From an uncultured Actinomycetota bacterium (lineage in GTDB: Bacteria; Actinomycetota; Actinomycetes; Actinomycetales; Microbacteriaceae): DNA of 64,000 bases. Below the pieces are notes generated by a model, which was not told the DNA's origin, ran no database searches, and saw only the letters and a list, made by a program, of their open reading frames with translations. The stretch covers positions 6,356 through 70,355 of the forward strand of contig CAWJZK010000016.1 of NCBI GenBank assembly GCA_963847285.1, written 5' to 3'. Below, piece by piece: positions 61,412 to 64,000 of this stretch; the stretch's first letter is position 1, and the number at the start of each line of letters is the position of its first letter. The position numbers and the translations under genes were made by a program.

Positions 61412-62485
61412 GTGGCTCTCACTATCGGCATCGTCGGCCTGCCCAACGTCGGCAAGTCCACGCTCTTCAACGCCCTGACCAAGAATCAGGTGCTCGCGGC
61501 GAACTACCCGTTCGCGACGATCGAACCGAACATCGGCGTGGTGAGCCTGCCCGATCCCCGGCTCGAAACGCTTGCCGGCATCTTCAGCTCGGAGCGCATC
61601 CTGCCCGCCGCCGTCTCGTTCGTCGACATCGCCGGCATCGTGCGCGGCGCCTCGGAGGGCGAGGGCCTCGGAAACAAGTTCCTCGCGCACATCCGCGAGG
61701 CCGACGCGATCGCCCAGGTCGTTCGCGGCTTCAGCGACGACGATGTCGCACACGTCGAGGGCACCATCGACCCCAAAGCCGACATGGAGACGATCAACAC
61801 CGAGCTGATCCTCGCCGACCTCGAGACCCTCGAGCGCGCCATCCCGCGCTACGAGAAGGAGGTCAAGGGCAAGAAGCTCGATCCGTCGGTGCTCGCGGCG
61901 GCTCTCGAGGCGCAGGAACAGCTGCAGAAGGGCACGCCGCTGTCTGCGGCATCCGTCGACCTCGAGCCGATTCGCGAACTCGGGCTGCTCACCGCGAAGC
62001 CCTTCATCTACGTCTTCAACGTCGACGAGGCGGTGCTGACGGATGCCGCGCGCAAGGCCGAGCTCGCCGCGCTCGTCGCACCCGCCGAGGCGGTCTTCCT
62101 CGACGCGAAGATCGAGTCGGAGCTCATCGACCTCGACGCCGCGGATGCCGCGGAACTCCTCGCCTCGACCGGCCAGGACGAGTCGGGCCTGAACCAGCTG
62201 GCGCGCATCGGGTTCGACACGCTCGGCCTGCAGACCTACCTCACGGCCGGCCCCAAGGAGTCGCGCGCCTGGACGATCCACAAGGGCTGGAAGGCCCCGC
62301 AGGCCGCGGGCGTCATCCACACCGACTTCGAGCGCGGCTTCATCAAGGCCGAGGTCATCTCGTTCGACGACCTCGTCGCGACCGGCTCGGTGGCCGAGGC
62401 CCGCGCGAAGGGCAAGGCGCGCATGGAGGGCAAGGACTACGTCATGCAGGACGGCGACGTGGTCGAGTTCCGTTTCAACGTGTGA
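61412..62485 (+). CDS. ychF: Redox-regulated ATPase YchF
   Basis: GIVGLPNVGKST, ANYPFATIEPN, DIAG, GEGLGNKFL, EGKDYVMQDGDVVEFRFNV. Confidence 0.98.
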   Translation: MALTIGIVGLPNVGKSTLFNALTKNQVLAANYPFATIEPNIGVVSLPDPRLETLAGIFSSERILPAAVSFVDIAGIVRGASEGEGLGNKFLAHIREADAIAQVVRGFSDDDVAHVEGTIDPKADMETINTELILADLETLERAIPRYEKEVKGKKLDPSVLAAALEAQEQLQKGTPLSAASVDLEPIRELGLLTAKPFIYVFNVDEAVLTDAARKAELAALVAPAEAVFLDAKIESELIDLDAADAAELLASTGQDESGLNQLARIGFDTLGLQTYLTAGPKESRAWTIHKGWKAPQAAGVIHTDFERGFIKAEVISFDDLVATGSVAEARAKGKARMEGKDYVMQDGDVVEFRFNV

Positions 62486-62652
62486 TCCGTGCCTCAATTG
62501 CCTGGAAACATCCCCGCGTAGGGATCGGGTTCACCGGTCCCGGGACGTCCTCGTCTGGCTTCACGCGGCTTCAGGCTCGGATGTCGAGATTTGGGGGTCG
62601 GCTCCGACACACTGAAGAGGCCATGACGGATGGCCCTCGAAGGAGGAACCTC

Positions 62653-63036
62653 ATGAAGTACCTGATTCTGATTCAGAGCAATCCTGCGGTGGTCGAGCTG
62701 TTCGCAGGGATGACCGACGACGAGCGCAAGGCGGCGTTCCAGATCTACTGGGATGTCGAGAGCGACCTCGAGAAGTCCGGTGAGCTCGCCGATTCGAAGG
62801 CGCTGGATGAGCAGACGCAGCACTACGTCAGGCGTTCGACGGATGGACCCATCGTGACCGACGCGCCCCTGCCCGAGACCACGGAGGTGGTGACGGGCTA
62901 TTACCTCGTGGATGTGGAGAACGAGGAGCGGGCGTTCGCGATTGCGACCCGCTTCCCCGAAGCCGTCGTCGAGGGCGGTATCCGAGTCGCTCGCACCCTG
63001 ACCCAGGAAGACTTCGATGCCATAGGGGCGGCGTGA
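62653..63036 (+). CDS. YciI / DGPF family protein
   Basis: MKYLILI, VTDAPLPETTEVVTGYYLVDV; AAGGAGG SD. Confidence 0.85.
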   Translation: MKYLILIQSNPAVVELFAGMTDDERKAAFQIYWDVESDLEKSGELADSKALDEQTQHYVRRSTDGPIVTDAPLPETTEVVTGYYLVDVENEERAFAIATRFPEAVVEGGIRVARTLTQEDFDAIGAA

Positions 63037-63039
63037 CAG

Positions 63040-64000
63040 ATGACCGAACGTGTCCCGGGTCGATCCGCTGCTCCGCGGGGGCTGGTCATCGCGACCTTGC
63101 GGGCATCGGCCCCGGGCGCGCTCGGCGCGGTCATTCGTCGAACAGGGAACTTCGACGACGCAGAGGATGCGCTCCAAGAGGCGATGCTCGCCGCGGCGAA
63201 CCAATGGCCCCGTGATGGGATACCCGACAATCCGACTGCCTGGCTTATCACAGCTGCGACGCGGCGAGCGATCGACGGCATCCGGTCCGACGCGACCCGA
63301 CGGGAGCGGGAGAAGCGAGCTGTCGGGCTCGAGCGCGACCCCGGAGAGGCTGTACAGGAGGATGACACCCTCGCCGCCTACCTGATGTGCTGCCACCCCT
63401 CCCTGACCCGTGGAGCGCAGGTTCCGCTGACCCTGAGAGTGGTCGGCGGACTGACGACGAGGGAGATTGCGCGCGGCCTTCTCATGAGCGAGACGACGAT
63501 CGCACAGCGCATCGCGCGCGCTAAGACGACCCTCCGCAGATCGGGTGCACGGTTCGCGCTCCCGAGCGGCGACGAGATGCCCGCGCGGGTCACCGCGGTG
63601 CTGGACGTGCTGGGCATCATCCACACCGAGTCGCACAGCCCCGCAGAAGGCGACGCCGTGACGCGACCCGCCCTGGGAGCCGAGGCTCTTCGCCTTGCTC
63701 GCGAACTGCTGGCTCGTACGCCCGTCGGCGCCCGTTGGCGGGGAGAGGTCATGGGTCTGGTCGCCTTGATGCTCTTGACCAGCGCCCGATCGCCCGCCCG
63801 GACGGATGCCGCCGGCGCGTTGATCCCGCTCGCCGAGCAGGATCGGGCGCTGTGGCTCACAGATCTCATCGCCGAAGGAGACGGGGTGCTCCAGCGGGCT
63901 CTCACGCAATACCCGGTCGGACCATTTCAGCTGAGAGCAGCGATCGCCGCCGTGCACGACACCGCGCCGACCTTCGAAGACACCGATTGGGAGCAACTGC
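63040..64000 (+). CDS. ECF sigma factor, ECF42-like (runs off window end)
   Basis: Manual translation from ATG 63040: FDDAEDALQEAML, WPRDGIPDNPTAWLITAATRRAID, MCCHPSL, LTLRVVGGLTTREIA, IAQRIARAK, PLAEQDRALW, GPFQLRAAIAAVH. Confidence 0.88.
   Translation, partial: MTERVPGRSAAPRGLVIATLRASAPGALGAVIRRTGNFDDAEDALQEAMLAAANQWPRDGIPDNPTAWLITAATRRAIDGIRSDATRREREKRAVGLERDPGEAVQEDDTLAAYLMCCHPSLTRGAQVPLTLRVVGGLTTREIARGLLMSETTIAQRIARAKTTLRRSGARFALPSGDEMPARVTAVLDVLGIIHTESHSPAEGDAVTRPALGAEALRLARELLARTPVGARWRGEVMGLVALMLLTSARSPARTDAAGALIPLAEQDRALWLTDLIAEGDGVLQRALTQYPVGPFQLRAAIAAVHDTAPTFEDTDWEQL

Noticed and set aside
62494-63996. 500-aa minus-strand ORF
   Set aside because: Antisense shadow of the YciI and ECF sigma genes, which carry clear family motifs on the plus strand.

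Overview
High-GC (roughly 70% by eye) actinobacterial chromosome segment, most consistent with Microbacteriaceae (Agromyces-like; inferred from gene content and order). It is mainly core genome: gndA/gluconokinase, rplY-pth, RNase H, mfd, nhaA, mazG, hisS, eno-ftsB-DUF501, ndh, tRNA-Leu(UAA), ppx, lemA-htpX, ycaQ-like, ilvA, greA, cis-prenyltransferase, phoH2, fumC, xseAB, ispH, fbaA/glpX, rmuC and ychF, with several TetR/ABC/MFS modules. A compositionally different YciI + ECF sigma block starts right after ychF. About 11 single-base frameshifts in otherwise intact genes look like long-read assembly errors. I saw no CRISPR array, integrase or intact transposase. The most interesting unexplained signals are: (1) a strongly over-represented octamer GGCATCCG/CGGATGCC (about 70 copies by manual scan) that also forms inverted-pair terminators, like a DNA-uptake or HIP1-type signal; (2) a riboswitch-like 5' leader on nhaA; (3) a long structured rplY leader; (4) an RNase H with a C-terminal ribbon-helix-helix-like tail; (5) a decayed DUF559-like nuclease flanked by REP-like hairpins; (6) a TetR-MFS-PLP enzyme-FAD oxidase operon of unknown substrate. 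All calls come from reading the sequence; no searches were run.
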